DNA from: Lama guanicoe
Taxonomy: Eukaryota
Length of the DNA stretch: 64,000 nucleotides
Direction of reading: 5' to 3'
NCBI GenBank assembly: GCA_013239625.1
Contig: MU053487.1
Location: 124,001 to 188,000, forward strand
Part shown: piece after piece, positions 27,287 through 41,267 of the stretch
Numbering within the stretch: the first letter of the stretch is position 1
Layout: each line of letters begins with the position of its first letter
Made by a program: the position numbers and the translations under genes
The notes under the pieces: generated by a model
Told to the model about the DNA's origin: nothing
Databases searched by the model: none
The model's input: only the letters and a program-made list of their open reading frames with translations

Positions 27287-28218
27287 TTCTTTTCTTTTTT
27301 TTTAAATACATGTTTCTATTGAAGTATAGTCAGTTTACAATGCTGTGTCAATTTTTGGTATATAGCATAATTCTTCAGTCATACCTGAATATACATATAT
27401 TCATTTTCATATTCTTTTTCACCATAAGTTACTATAAGATATTGAATATAGTTCCCTGTGCTACACAGTATAAATTTGTTTATCAATTTTATATATAGTA
27501 GTTAGCATCTGCAAATCTTGAATTCCCGGTTTATCCCTTCCCACCCTCTTCTCCCTCTGGTAACCATAAGTTTGTTTTCTATGCCTGTGAGTCTGTTTCT
27601 GTTTTATAAATAAGTTTGTCTTTTTTAATAGATTCCACATATGAGTGATATTATATGGTATTTTTATTTCTTTTTCTGGCTTACTTGACTTAGAATGACA
27701 TTCTCCAGGTCCATACATGTTGCTGCAAATGGCATTGTTTTATTCTTTTTCACAGCTGAGTAGTATTCCATCATATAAATATACCACATCTTCTTTATCC
27801 AGTCATCTGTTGATAGACATTTAGGTTGTTTCCATGTCTTGGCTATTGTAAATAGTGCTGCTGTGAATATTGGGGTGCACGTATCTTTTTGAATTAAGGT
27901 TCCCTCTGGATATATGCCCAGGAGTGGGATAGTTGGATCATACGGTAAGTCTATTTTTAGTCTTTTGAGGAATCTCCATACTGTTTTCCATAGTGGCTGC
28001 ACCAAACTACATTCCCACCAGCAGTGTAGGAGGGTTCCCTTTTCTCCACAGCCTCTCCAGCATTTATTGTTTGTGGACTTTTGAATGATGGCCATTCTGA
28101 CTGGTGTGAGGTAACACCTCATTGTAGTTTTGATTTGCATTTCTCTGATAATTAGCGATATTGAGCATTTTTTCATGTGCCTGTTGGCCATTTGTATGTC
28201 TTCACTGGAGAACTGCTA
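27287..28218 (-). mobile_element. Relatively young 5'-truncated LINE-1
   Basis: ORF 27664-28191 is an open 175-aa L1 ORF2 C-terminus (HCWWEC), followed by 3' UTR and T-tract. TSD ag(t/c)actttgatt at 27275-27286 and 28219-28230. Confidence 0.95.
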
Positions 28219-28409
28219 AGCACTTTGATTCTAAGAACCACATACAGTGCTCACTCTGCTAAAACAGCACTGGTGCGCACGTTGGTTCGCTGACAGGCAT
28301 CATGAATTTGCTTTATATACTGGCTCCCCAGGATTCAGAAGGTTTTTTGGTTTTCTTTGGTTTTGCTTTGTGCTTTCCTGTTTTTACTGTTATTTTGGGA
28401 GGAGTATGC

Positions 28410-29170
28410 AGATCATTTGGGAGGCAGTTTTTTATTTTCATATCATTTCAAAGTTACAGAAAAAATTCAAGAATCAAGAACTCCAATAAACCCTTTATCC
28501 AGATTCACCAATCTGGTTTCATTTCTCCCCATTTGCTTTATCATTCTCTCTCTCTGGACAGATGGATACAGGTATGTGTAGATGTAGATGTCTGTATAGA
28601 AAGAGAACACATATATCACACACACACACACACATCTATAAGAACGTGTACACATGTGTATCTATGTCCGTCACTCCTTTCTGAACCACTTGAGAGTAAG
28701 CTGTGGATGCGATGTCTTTTTGTCTCTAAAAACCTTGGAACCCATTTCCAAGAACAAGGATATTCTCTTACATAAACTGCAGTACACTTACCAAAATCAG
28801 GACATTTAAGCATTGATTCAATACTGTTATCTAATTCATTATCCATATTCAGATTCCATCAAGTATAGCTATCTTTTCCTGGTCCGGGAGCTCCAGGACC
28901 ACCAACTGCATTTCACTGTCACGTCTTCTTAGTCTGTTTTAATCCAGAACAGCCTTTCTTTGTCTTTCTTACCCTTGACATTTTGAGAAAGAGTATAGGC
29001 CAGTCATCTGGTAGGATGTTTCCTCGTGATCAGATTCAAGCTACGCACTTTTGGCAGGAACGTGACTGAACCGAAGCTGTGCTCCACTGAGCGCAAAGCA
29101 TCAGGAGGCACGTGACATCAGTGTGGCGGGAACTCAGTTTTGGGGTCACTTTTGACCATTTGCAGCCTCT
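28410..29170 (-). mobile_element. Old L1MC-type 3' end
   Basis: tttcaaagttacagaaaaatt, ctgaaccacttgagagtaagctg, aacaaggatattctcttacataa motifs. Confidence 0.7.
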
Positions 29171-29289
29171 GGCTTCAGGTACTACAGCCGAGGACAAAGG
29201 GGCACAGACTTGCACACACACACCACCTATTTGAAGGCCTGTGAGGTGAGAGGTCCAGGCTCTCCTCTTGGGTGATGAGCAAAACATGG

Positions 29290-29505
29290 CTCAGTCCTCC
29301 CCGTCACCACAGCCAACAGCCAGCCAGTGCCCAGAAGCAAAGCCCCTACCCAGCAGCCGACTGTGAATGAGCCCAGCTGAGATCAGCAGAAGAACACAAA
29401 TTGCTGCCCACTCCCCCCTCAAAGTAGTGAACTAGACACACTGTTGTTACTTTAAGCCACTACATTTGGGGGTGGTATGTTACACAACAAAAGCTAATGG
29501 ATACC
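29290..29505 (+). mobile_element. MaLR (MLT1-type) LTR 3' part
   Basis: cagccaacagccagc...gcccagctgagatcagcagaa...tttaagccactacatttggggtggtatgttacacaacaaaagctaatggatac. Confidence 0.7.
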
Positions 29506-31025
29506 TCTTGTTCATCAGGGGCAAGAGATCAGACTCAAGAACCCTACATACCTATTTGCGATCACTAGAGAAAGAAAGTCATGCTGGTTTTCTCCTGGCT
29601 CTGTCCTGTCTCTCTCAGGGATCTGAACCTTTGCCTACGTTTGGGATTCAAAGGATCATTTAAATACACTTCTGTGGTTTTTAGAAACAAACCATGGGTG
29701 TTGCTGTCCCCAGGCCTTTCCAGATTATGGCCACATTATTTGGCTGTTTGACTGGACCAATGATATCAGGAGACTCTCCCAACAGACTCTTCCATTGCAA
29801 TCAGCAAATGTAGAGCCCTTCCCAGAGGGAGACCCCAAAGCAGCAGAGACGCCAACCACCAATAAACATCTAACACGCACCAGCCGAAGCGTAGCATTCG
29901 TTCCCTGTGGCTCTTTGATTTACAACTCCTCTGATCCCTTCCCTGGAGACTGGGATTTGGTGCCTCTGGGATGCTGCCTGGAAGTTTGTCTTTCTAATAA
30001 GTTCATCTGGTATTTCTTATCATCAGTGAGCTTTGGGAATCTCTGCATTAGAGAAGCAGTTCTCAAACTGGGCTGCTTGTTATCATCACTGGTGAGCTTA
30101 AGAAAACCCCAATGTCCAGAACATTCATACCAGAATCTCTAGGGCTGGCACCCAGTCTTTCTTACAGCTTCCCAGACGAGACCAGTGCGCAGCCAGGCAG
30201 TACCTGTGCTGATTTCCACGACTGATGGCTTTCTGCCCATTTGCATGAACATTCCCTTTCAACAGCATGTGTTTCTGATCATGAAAGTGCACTTATTCCA
30301 GCGCGCAGGAAATACCGCCCTGGCGATTCCTTTATAGTTTTCTCCTCTCACCACTCAGCTGATTTTCCAGAAGGAAGTTGAATTTTCCTTCCTGGGAGCA
30401 GTTTCCTAAATCCTATAAATTTCCTTTAGGGAAAAAAAGGATTCCCCTCCCCCATCTTTTTAATGTGCCGTCCACCATGAAGACAGACAAAAAGACAAGC
30501 TGTGTCAGCAGCTGTAGCAGACACCACCGGGGGTCTGCTCTTACTCCCAGAGACCTTTGCCATTCCTGTGCACGAGGGCTCCTGGTGGGCACCTGTGCAT
30601 CTTTGCTGGAGGGTGAAATGGGCTATTGGAACCCTTTGCCTGAGCACACTGAAATCAAGAACAGTCTGGAAGTTATATCTCTGTGAAGCAGCCCTTAACC
30701 AAAGTCTGACGGGGCAGTGGTATAAATACCCCTGTTCTCTCACCCCCGGTCAGGAAAACTGTGGTGACCTGTAGTCACTGTCTCCAGAGATCCTGTGCGG
30801 GATTGAGCCAAAGTTACCCCCCACCTCACCTCACTGCCACTATGCACTTTCCTTAATGCTGCACCAGCGCCTGCCCCATTCCGTTCCCTGTCTGCTGCCC
30901 TGCTGCCCCGCTGCCCTGTTGGCTTTTCTTTGAAAGACTTCCAGATACATGATGTTCTGTGAATCCTCCTCCTAAGGTCGGCCTCTAGAGAACGCAGCCT
31001 AAGAGGATAACCCTTCAAAACCTTA

Positions 31026-31190
<165 letters not shown>

Positions 31191-32124
31191 TTAGGAGAAC
31201 TCACCAAAACTGGGAGAGAACCTTTCTTTTCTGTTGTCAGCTCTGAATCGGTAGAGATTTTCCTGATTCAGGAGTTTGGGCTGAAACTATCAATACCGAA
31301 ACACTAACCAAAGGTCTAAAATCAGAAAGATACAGGTGATGCTTGAGTTGAGGTCACTCGTATCAGTTCAACCTTCAGAGGCAATGAATGTTGATCTCTT
31401 CTAGCATATGCGTGGGTTTCATTTCATCAAGTTCTGCTCTTCTCTTTACTCGCTCCCTTTTCCTGAGGGGGCTTGTTTTGCTGTTGTTTTCAGATTTCTT
31501 AAGCTGAATCACTAGTTCATGAACCTTCAGTCTCTTTCTTTTTCTAACACAAGCACTTGGTGCTTTACATTCCCTCCAGGTATCGCTTTAGCAGCATCCC
31601 GCGAGTTTTGAGCGTATTTTAGTATCATTCAGGTCTGCATCTATGCTTATTTCCACTATAATTTATTTTGCCCCATGATTTATTGAGGGATATCTTTCAT
31701 AAGCAGAAAATAGTAGAACTTTAAGAAAATTCATCGGATGATCTTTATTTCCTAATCAGAGCATCGCATCTACTTAATTTAATCACATATCTCTTTGAAT
31801 TTAAATCTGCTGTCTTTCTATTTCTGATCTTTTTCCTGTCTTCCTCTCTTTTCTTTCCCATATTTTGATTGCTTGAATTCCTTTTTAGCATTCTCTTTTT
31901 CTCCTGCATTGGTCTGGAAGTTAAATTATCTTTCACTATTCTTTCAGTGGTTACCCCAGAGCTTATAACAAACTTCCTCGACTTATACACATTTAATGTT
32001 ATTTTTATCCACTTTCCCAACAACACAACTTAAAATACTTAAAAATACTTTGTATTAACATACTTAAAACACTTCCTCACGATTTTTTGGTATTTTGTAC
32101 TATTATTACTGCTTTATGTAATTA

Positions 32125-32370
32125 CAGATCTTCCTCAACTTATGATAGCGTTATACTGCACAAAAACCATTGTAAGTAGAAAATACGGTAAATCAGAAAT
32201 GCATTTAATACACATAACCTACTGAACATCACAGAGTTTAGCCTCGCCTACCTTAAATGTGCTTGGAACACTTACATTAGCCTACAGTTGGGTAACATCA
32301 TCTGATGCAAAGCCTACCTTATAATAAAGCACTGAAAAAGGTTTTTATATGAGAACTCAAAGCAAGAATG
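32125..32370 (+). mobile_element. TcMar-Tigger MITE, MER47A-like
   Basis: ta|cagatcttcctcaacttatgat...aaatgcatttaatacacataacctactgaacatca...cacttacattagcctacagttggg matches the recalled MER47A consensus. Confidence 0.75.
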
Positions 32371-32462
32371 CACACCACTCCACCTATCCTGGCCCCTCAA
32401 TCCGCCCTGGTGAGGCAGCGGGGTGAGTGAGGAGGAGAGCTCCTCCCAGCTCGCCTGACTTA

Positions 32463-32786
<324 letters not shown>

Positions 32787-32929
32787 TCATCCCTGGGACC
32801 AGGTGATGACAATTACACCAATGTTTTCATCTATTTTTTATTCCTATTTTCTTAAAAAAAAAATTAACCATCTGCCCTGGCATGTTTACCTGGATGAACC
32901 CTTCAAATCTTCCTTTTAAAAAGGTTTTT

Positions 32930-33448
32930 AGCAGCATTATTTACAATTGCCAAGACATGCAAACATCTTAAGTGTCCATCAACAGACAACTAGATAAAGA
33001 AGATAAAGATATATACATACAATGGAATACTACTCAGCCATTAAAAAAGAATGAAATTTGACCATTTGCAGCAACGTGAATGGACTTGGAGGACATGATG
33101 CTAAGTGAAACAAGTCAGAGAAAGATAAATACTGTATGATATCACTTTCATGTGGAATCTAAAAAAATTCTAAAAATCTAAAAATCTTAAAAAATCTAAA
33201 AATCTACAACAAACTAGTAAGTGTAACTTTACAGAAGCAGACTCAAAGATACAGAGGACAAACTAGTGGTTACTAGCGGCAGGGAGGGGCAGTGGGAGGT
33301 ACAAACTACTGGGTGTAAGACAGGCTACAAGGATGTATTGTACAACACAAAGAATAGAGCCAGTATTTTGTAATGACTGTAAATGGAAAGTAGCCTTTAA
33401 AATTGTATAAAAATATCAATTAAATTTTAAAAATAAAATAAATAAAAA
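32930..33448 (+). mobile_element. LINE-1 3' end with a short internal (TAAAAATC)n expansion at about 33157-33206
   Basis: gcagcattatttacaattgccaagaca...aatggaatactactcagcca...aataaataaataaaaa. Confidence 0.85.
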
Positions 33449-34779
33449 GATCTTTGACAAACACCATGTGCCAGGAAAGGCTCAGTGTCCTAGATTCCCC
33501 TAAGCTGGGTCACTTTTGGTGTCCGAGGCCCTGATTCAGCCTCAGCTCTGCCTTCCTCTGCTGCCCCAGCTCTGGATGACTCCCCACCCCTCTGCAGCCT
33601 ACTGCCCTTCTCTCTGTCTCAGCATTTCAGGACATTTTCAGGCCCTTTCCACAATGAATTAGTTTGTGTTTGCTGCATTTCTCCCAGCTGGACAGGACAG
33701 CAGCAGCCATGTCTGGTGAACCCTGGCTTCCTGCATCTCATCAATCTATGGGCAGGTAGTGAGTGGGTCTCAAAAAACGCATGACAGATGGATGGAATGG
33801 GTTGTGAATGCAGGCAGAGGTGGAAGCGAGTCTGAGAGCAAAAGAGAACTTCAGGTAAGAAAATCATGATGCAGGGGGAGCGCCAGGGTCCCCAGGAGCC
33901 TCCTGCAGGGATGAAGCTATGCCTTGGGTGACCCTGTCAAGTTTAAGGTAAAGGCAGCGGAGAATAAAGCCCACTTAAAATGGCATACTTCACTTCCATT
34001 GTTAGTAACATTATATAATGTATTGATTTTACTAGAATAAGAGACTTAACTCATTTTCTGCAAAATTATTATAACAAATACAATAACCCCCTCCCCCAGC
34101 TTTGGAGCTGAAAGTTATAACGAAAATGCAAACATTTTTCACAATAAACATATATAGGTGACTGGAGCTCCGGTAGACGCGATACCAATGCACAGTACAC
34201 AACCTGAACAACTATACTTGATGGGCCTACCTGGAAAAGTGAGCGTGCATCCAAGACAGTTTTGTATTAAAAGCGTTTGCCTATCTGGGAAAAATAAAAT
34301 CTATAAAATTAAACTGAGGTTTTGATGGCCAAGCCCCTGTGCAAGGGAGATAAAAGTGAAAGGCCAGGGCTCACGTGATGTATGGAATCTGACAGACCTC
34401 TCCTCCCCGCTCCACCACCTTCACACACACACATAAATGCACGAAGCTGGGACTCTGAAGGGTTAAACACTCAAGATCAGCGTGAACAAAGATAAACAAT
34501 ATTCCCTGCCCTCATTCTCAAGGACTGCTGGAAGAGTTGTCTTGGTGCTATGAACCTAAGTGCTAATACTCCTTGGGAACTGGAGTCCTAACGAAGATTG
34601 ATGTCTAAGATACTTCAAGCCATGGATTTAGCTTAAAGTGGCCTGAGACTGACATTTATCCAGACACCTGATAGGAACAATTGTAACTTCTCTCTGGAGA
34701 AAAAAGCAAGCAAACAAACAAACAAACAAAAAACCCCCAAAAACTTCATCTTATGTTTCAGGAAATCCCATACAAATAA

Positions 34780-36920
34780 TTTTTTCAAAGGCAAAGACCA
34801 TGACAGTAAAATACAACGAAGTGTACAAGGAAACAAGGCACCATGAGTGAGAAGCAACAGATACAACATATAGTGGAAACGAATCTAAAAATATAAATCT
34901 GATACTAGTGTTAATGGACGCATATTATAAGACAATGATGATTACTATATTTAAGGAAATAAAAGACAAGTTGGAAAATAGCTGCAAAGAATAGGAAACT
35001 ATAAAAAGTGGCTTAGCTAATTCAAAAAAGAACAAAATAGGACTTCTAGAAATTAAAAAATTCAGTTAAATTGATAAATTTAAAATGCAATAAATGTGTT
35101 TGGCTGCATATGAGACACATTTGAACAGAGAACTTATCCTTGAAAAAGAAATCAGATGACACCATCCAATATGTGGCAAAGAAACAAAAAAGATGGAAAA
35201 TATTAAGACAATAAAGAGACAGGAAGGAAAGAATAAGGATTAACATATACTTGAATCAGAATTCCCGGAAAGAGGAGAAGAAAACTGAAGTGGAAGTGAT
35301 ATCTGAAGACAAAATGCCTGCGAATTTCATAGAACTGATAAATATTCCAGTACAGAGATTGAAGAAGTCCAACACCAAATCCCAAGATGGATAAAATCTA
35401 TAAGGGAATGTTTACCAGTGATGCCTCAGAACCGCAGAGACAGAGAGAATGCTGTCCAAGCAGACAGAGAGAAGGGACAGGATACTTTCAAAGCAGCAGC
35501 AGTTTGACAGCTGATTTCCAAAGCGATAGCAATGGAAGCAAGAATACAATCACTAGCCAAAAAAAAAAAAAAATTGCTGCAAATTTAGAATTCTACCTTC
35601 ACGGAAAATACATTTCAAGAACAAAGGTGAGACGAACGGATTTTTTCAGATAAGCTAAAAACCAAGACGGTTTGCCACCAGCAGATCCTCTTTGTAGGAA
35701 ATACTAAAAGAAGTATTTGGGGGAGAAAGAAAATTATTTGAGAGGCAAGATGGAATGGGAAGGGGAAAAAAGTCAATACACAGTTAGACATAAGTGAACA
35801 CTGATTATATAAAACAGCTCCCAGCAACAGGAGAATCACACATTCTTCTCAAGTGCACGAGGAACATTCTTTAGGATAGTCCATATGCTAGGCAATAAAA
35901 TAAGCCACAGTAAATTTAAAAGGAGTAAAATTGTACAGAGTATTTTCTCTAGTTACAATGGGGTAGAATTAATTAACAACACAAATAAATTGGGAAACTC
36001 ATAAATAGGTGGAAGTGAAACAACACACTCCTAAAATACTGATGAGACAAAGGAGAAATTAGAAAATGAGAAGTGAAATTAGTGAAATTAGCAAATACCC
36101 TGAGATGAATGAGAACAAATGGTATGGGATGCAGTTATGTACTGTCTAGGGGGGAATTTATAACTGTCAGTGCCTGCATCAAAATAAGAAAAAAGATCTC
36201 AAATAAAAACCCTAACCTTCTAGTTTAAAATATTGGAAAAGAAGAGCCATCTAAACCAAAGCATGCAGAAGAAGGAAATAATAAAAATTAAAGCAGAAAT
36301 GAATGAAATAGAAAAGGAAAAACAATAAAGAAAGTCAATAAAAGCAAAAGTTGGTTTTTGGAAAGATCAAGAAAATTGACAAACATTTAGCTGAAATGAC
36401 CAAGAAAAATAAGAAAGAAGACTTGAGTTACTAAAATCAGGAATGAGAGGATGGATATTGCTCCACACTTACGGAAATAAAAAGATTACAAAGCACTACT
36501 GGAAACAACTGGATGCCAAAAATTAGATAACTTGGATGAAGTGAAAATCTTCTTAACAAGACAAACTCCTGAAACTGACTCAAGAAGAAATAGAAAATCT
36601 GACTAGATCTTTAACAAGTAAGGAGATTGAATTAGTAATTTAAAAATTACCCACAAAGAAAAGCGCAGGTTTGGATGGCATCACTGGTGAATTCTACCAA
36701 ACATCTAAAGAGAAAATAATATCAACTCTCTACAAACTCATTTAAAAAATAAAACAGAGGGGAACAACACCTCCCAACTTTTTCTATGAGGCCACCATTG
36801 CTCTAATACCAACACTAGACAAAAGACATCACAAGAAAAGAAAACTATTGGCCATCATCTCTTATAAATATATAGACACGAAAATCCTCAACAAAAATAC
36901 TAGAAAACCAGTTCCAGCAT
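34780..36920 (+). mobile_element. LINE-1 fragments: old ORF1-like region, then ORF2 (from about 35810)
   Basis: cacacattcttctcaagtgcac, aaaattgacaaac, aagaagaaatagaaaatctga, ctggtgaattctaccaaaca, aaaatcctcaacaaaaatactag. Confidence 0.8.
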
Positions 36921-37199
36921 ACGGAGTGTTTACTGTGGGCCAGGTGTTGTTCAATTTGCTTTATAAATATTCATCAAATTAATCCTTATAACAATTCTAT
37001 GATGTGGGTGTTATTATTATCCTCATTTGATAGTTAAGGTTTAGTATTCGTGATTTGTCCAAGATCACACAGCCGAGATACAAAACCAGACAGTTTGGCA
37101 GCATGCCAGTGATCCTAACCACTGGGTTATACTAACTCTCAATAATAAAGTGGTACCTAGAAAAATCCCCTTGTGCGTGGAAATTACAAAATATACTTT

Positions 37200-37284
37200 G
37201 AGGGATGGGTATAACTCAGTGGTAAAGCGCCTGCTTAGCATGCATGAGGTCCTAGGTTCAATCTCCAGTACCTCCATTAAAAAA

Positions 37285-37286
<2 letters not shown>
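37200..37286 (+). mobile_element. tRNA-Ala-derived SINE followed by (CA)n (about 37287-37316)
   Basis: gggtataactcagtggtaaagcgcctgcttagcatgcatgaggtcctaggttcaatctccagtacctcca. Confidence 0.9.
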
Positions 37287-37318
<32 letters not shown>

Positions 37319-37399
37319 CTAAATGAATCATGAGTTGAAAGAAGAAACCACAAATTAAACATTTTTACTTAAGTGACAAAAATTTATGGAGAAACTGAA

Positions 37400-38180
37400 G
37401 TAGGTCATCTCTTCTTACTGTAAAACCTTTCCCTAGGATTCCATCTACACACATGGTTTCAAAGACCATCTTTATACAGAGGACTCACATTTTTCTCTTC
37501 AAAAAAAGGGTCTCTTCCAGACTCTTTGCATCCACCCCATCCTCCTCTCCACTCCCACCCCCTCTCATCTGGACCACTGAAATAGCATCTTATATGGTCA
37601 CTCTACATCCAGTCATGTCCCATCCATCTTCCCTACTCTCAGGATGATCTTCTCAAAATGCAAGTCTGATCAGTCACTCTACTACTGGAAACCATTCAAT
37701 GGCTTCCTCTCCTTTTTTGGATTAAAGCAAAACTTGGCTATGTGGCCCCGCATCAATTTCCCCAGTATTGTCTTGAACTACTTCCACCTTGGACTCCTGA
37801 CTTCAGCCACTCTGTCTCTTATCACATGTCCCATCTTCTCTGCCTCTTACTGTTTCTTTGTACGTGCTATTCTGTGGCAAGATACTCTTTCTTCTCCTCT
37901 TTGCCAATTAATTCTTACTCATCTTTCAGATCCTCCTACACCAAGTCAAAAATCTCCTCATGTGCTCTCATAGTACCTCTGTCCCTTAATCTCATCACTT
38001 ACCACAACTGCCATTTCACATTTCATTCAGATAATTATGTGCTTAATGACGGTCTCCCCCATTGGATTTTAAGCTCCCTGACCACAAGGACCTGTTTCTT
38101 CTCCCCATTCTATCCTCCACAGCAAGGACAGTACTTGGCATAAAGTAGACATTCAATAAATTATCTGTTGAATTAATGAC
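37400..38180 (+). mobile_element. L2 LINE 3' region
   Basis: aaaatgcaagtctgatcagtcact...tacttggcataaagtagacattcaataaattatctgttgaattaatga is an L2-type 3' terminus. Confidence 0.7.
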
Positions 38181-40079
38181 TCTTTTCCTGTAATCATTAC
38201 CCACACACCGTTCATTTTCATTCAGGTAATGTGAAGATTTTTCCCTTTCAAAAGCACTTCCAGATTACAGTAGCAGGTCTCTCTTAGGTATGGGATTCAT
38301 ATCTAGTCAGTTAAATGTAAAACTAAAGGTTTTTCAAATGAGTTTATCTTATTGACTTAATTTGTCATAAGTCCATGGAGTTTGTAATAACTCCAGATTC
38401 TCTCTCTGCAAATGTCTTCACACATCACACTTTAGGTGAACCTTTCTTCTTCCTCCTTTCATCACCATAGAACACAAATACCAAAACGTGCAAAGTGGTG
38501 TAGTCAAGCGTATTATTTAGTAAAGAAAAGAATCCTTTCATAATATAGGTCATAATTCTTCAGTTCAATGGCTGTATTATAAAAGTTGGAGCTCAGCAGA
38601 TGGAGTTTCTTGACAGCTAATGTACTAATAATTCTCCACTGGGGAAGAAGGAAGGTGGAAATAAAGGAGAAGGGAGAAACAGAGGCATTTATGGCAAGTG
38701 TTAACAAGAAAGTAGGCTCCGGTGCTGTCAGTACTTCCACCTTGTTCAATGATATTTCTGCCTTCAATTTTCTATGACCCACATCAAGCCAGACGGGCAC
38801 AACATGTTGATCCATTTCCATCTGGTATTCCACTTAAGCAGTTATAATGGGGTGACACTCTAAAGCCTCATGAGTTGCAGAGATATTTCTTTAAAAGGAA
38901 TTAAAATTGGTACAATAGTCTACATTGTTCAAAAGTTCATATTAGCTCCCATTTATTCTACTCTCATTCTTTAAAATCAGCTTAATTTTCATGACTCAAG
39001 GTCAGGCGAAAAAGTACTACAGTGAAGAATGAACAGAGAGAGTGGACTGGTTGCTAACAGGTGTGGGACTTCGTTTTGGGTGATGAAAAGTTTCAGGGAT
39101 GAGATAGTGGTGATGGTCGCACAATGTAACATCTATACTTAAAATACTTGAACTGTACATTTTAAAATGGTAACTTTTACATGAATTAGATCTCAATGAA
39201 AAATTAACAGCGATCGCTAGAAGCCTTCTAAGTTCACGTTTCCTCCTCTAACACCCTCTGAGGACATGGAGAAATAAAACACCTCCTTCATTAGCTGCAC
39301 TCAGGCCAAAGAGCACTAAAAATTCTAAGGTAATACCTGGCGGTTTTCCCCTTTCCCTTTCCCTAACCATCATGCTTCTTTTGTCAAATCTTCTCCCTGC
39401 ACCCAATATTGTTTGCTAAATAGCAATGACATTTTAAAATATACAAGCGTCCTAAGTCAGCAGAGGGGTTTTTCCTTCATCAATCTAATTTGTCCGGGTC
39501 TTGGATTTACTCGAGCCCACTCATGGATGTGAGAACTGCTGGGTTCTTTTCTTTGAGATCCTTCTGCACCAAGTCAACAGGGTTTTGTTCCAAAATCAAA
39601 ACATAGCTGAATTAGCTTTTTTTTTTTTGAAACTGAACTGATCTAAGTCTGTGGTCCTGCTAATTTAAGGGAAGGACTGAAAGCTGAATTCAGCTTCAAA
39701 ACCCAAACAAACAAAAAGGTGGGTCGATTCTCAGAGCCTGCAGTAATCTGGTCCTTATCTGTTTCTCTGGGTTCAGCCTTACCTTGTACTTCTCGCTCCA
39801 GCCACTCTATCATTTATCCCACTTCCCCTGCCTCTCACAGGGCCTTCGCTCGTGCTATTCCCGCTCCCCAGGACACTCTATTTTGCCTAGCTGATTTCTA
39901 CTCGTCTTTCAGGTCTTCCTGGACCAAGCCAAAATGCCGAGGGGGCCTTGTAATCACCGGCCTTGCTGTCCGGAGCTCATTTAACAGACGTGGGAAATTA
40001 TATCTCTGCAGAGGAGGTTCCAGGGCACCCTGGACGTGATTTAATTTTGAAGACCTTCATGGATATCTTGGGAAAACTA

Positions 40080-41160
40080 GCAGCGGGGCTGCAGGACCAA
40101 AGCACAGGTTTTCTCCGGTGCGCGCCCCGCGTGAGCGGTGAGTCGCCCCGGGGGCGTTTTGGCGCGGGGAGGCTCGGTGAGCAGGGAGAGGGACGCAGAG
40201 TCGCAGGGTCGCAGGACGACCACTCGCCTCATTCCCTCCCAGGTTTGCCGTGTTCTAGGCTGGTCCGCGGGAGCAGCCCCAGCGAGCTTCGCTTTCCCCG
40301 CCGAGACCCCACGCGTCACCCCGGGCCCGCCGCTCGGCGGGCCCTCCCGGACACTCACCGTCCGCCCGCACGGAGAGGCGCGGAAGGCCGAGCAGGAGCA
40401 GCGCCGCCGCCCAGAGCCGGGCTCGGGGACCGGGGCCCTGGGCAGCCATTGTCCGGGCGTCCACGGACTGGCCGGCAGGAGTGCGGGCTCCGGCTGCGCG
40501 GCGCGCGGGCCCCTGGGGCCACTGCCCAACGCGCGCCACTTGGCTCTGCGCGCTGCGCTGCGCTCCGCTCGCGCCTCGCGGGCTTCGCGCCCGGCGCGCG
40601 GAGAGGAAGGAGCGCGGGGAGACGCCGAGGCTGGGGACGTCGGAGCCGCAGCGTTGGGGTCCCGACCTCCTGGGGGTCGCGTCCGCTGCGCCGGGGAGGC
40701 GGCCGTAGGCGGGCTCCGCCTTCGTGCTGGGCACCTGGAAGCCTCGGTGCCAAAAGAGGCTGTGCCGGACGGTGAGCTCCTTGGGCGTCGCTGGGGAGGA
40801 GGGTCAGGGCGCGGGGAGGCGGGGAGAGCGAAGAGCCGGCGGCTGGGAACCCCCGCCTGCCTGCCTGCCTGCCTGAGGACCCTCCGCGGCGAAAGGGTGA
40901 CGCAGTCTGAGAGGCCAAGCCCCTCCAGGAGGCCAGTTAAACGCTACCCTCTGCCTCTTGACTTTCGGGCTGGCGTCCTTCTATAGCGGAGGAATACTTT
41001 TATGACAAAGAAAAATCTAACTTGCCTACCTCACTGTGGGGCGTGAAACGCACGGACTAGCGAGACTCCTCTTCCCTTAAAGTATAGCTTGAAAGTCACT
41101 CAGAAAGGGGCATCTTCGGGACGCTTCCTTCACGGCTTTTCCAGGGACGCCGTAACACTT
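40080..41160. promoter_or_regulatory. SUSD5: CpG island / promoter of SUSD5
   Basis: Very GC- and CpG-dense block spanning exon 1 and its upstream region. Confidence 0.9.
40359..40449 (-). CDS. SUSD5: SUSD5 exon 1 coding part: signal peptide
   Basis: Strong Kozak ggacaATGg at 40449. Reads MAAQGPGPRARLWAAALLLLGLPRLSVRAD-G; donor ACG|gtgagt after 40359; 91 nt, phase 1. Confidence 0.95.
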
Positions 41161-41267
41161 CTCCAAGAACACCCAGAGCGCTGGTGGGGTTGTCACCGCC
41201 ATTATATCTCCCAGTCTAGGGCTCCTTGACCGGGAGAGGGCCTGAGGTTCAAGATTCCCTGCGTCAC

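Noticed and set aside
27664..28191. Open 175-aa ORF as a possible host gene
   Set aside because: It is the LINE-1 ORF2 C-terminus in a 5'-truncated copy with no promoter, endonuclease or RT.
33157..33206. Short repeated unit taaaaatc suggesting an array
   Set aside because: Simple slippage inside an L1 3' end with no unique spacers. There is no CRISPR-like or prokaryotic system anywhere in the window.
39963..40986. Long ORFs of 270 and 282 aa (plus) and 187 aa (minus) over the SUSD5 CpG island
   Set aside because: Ala/Gly/Arg/Pro-rich products expected from stop-poor GC-rich DNA; no domain recognised. Only the 91-nt exon has supporting Kozak and splice signals.
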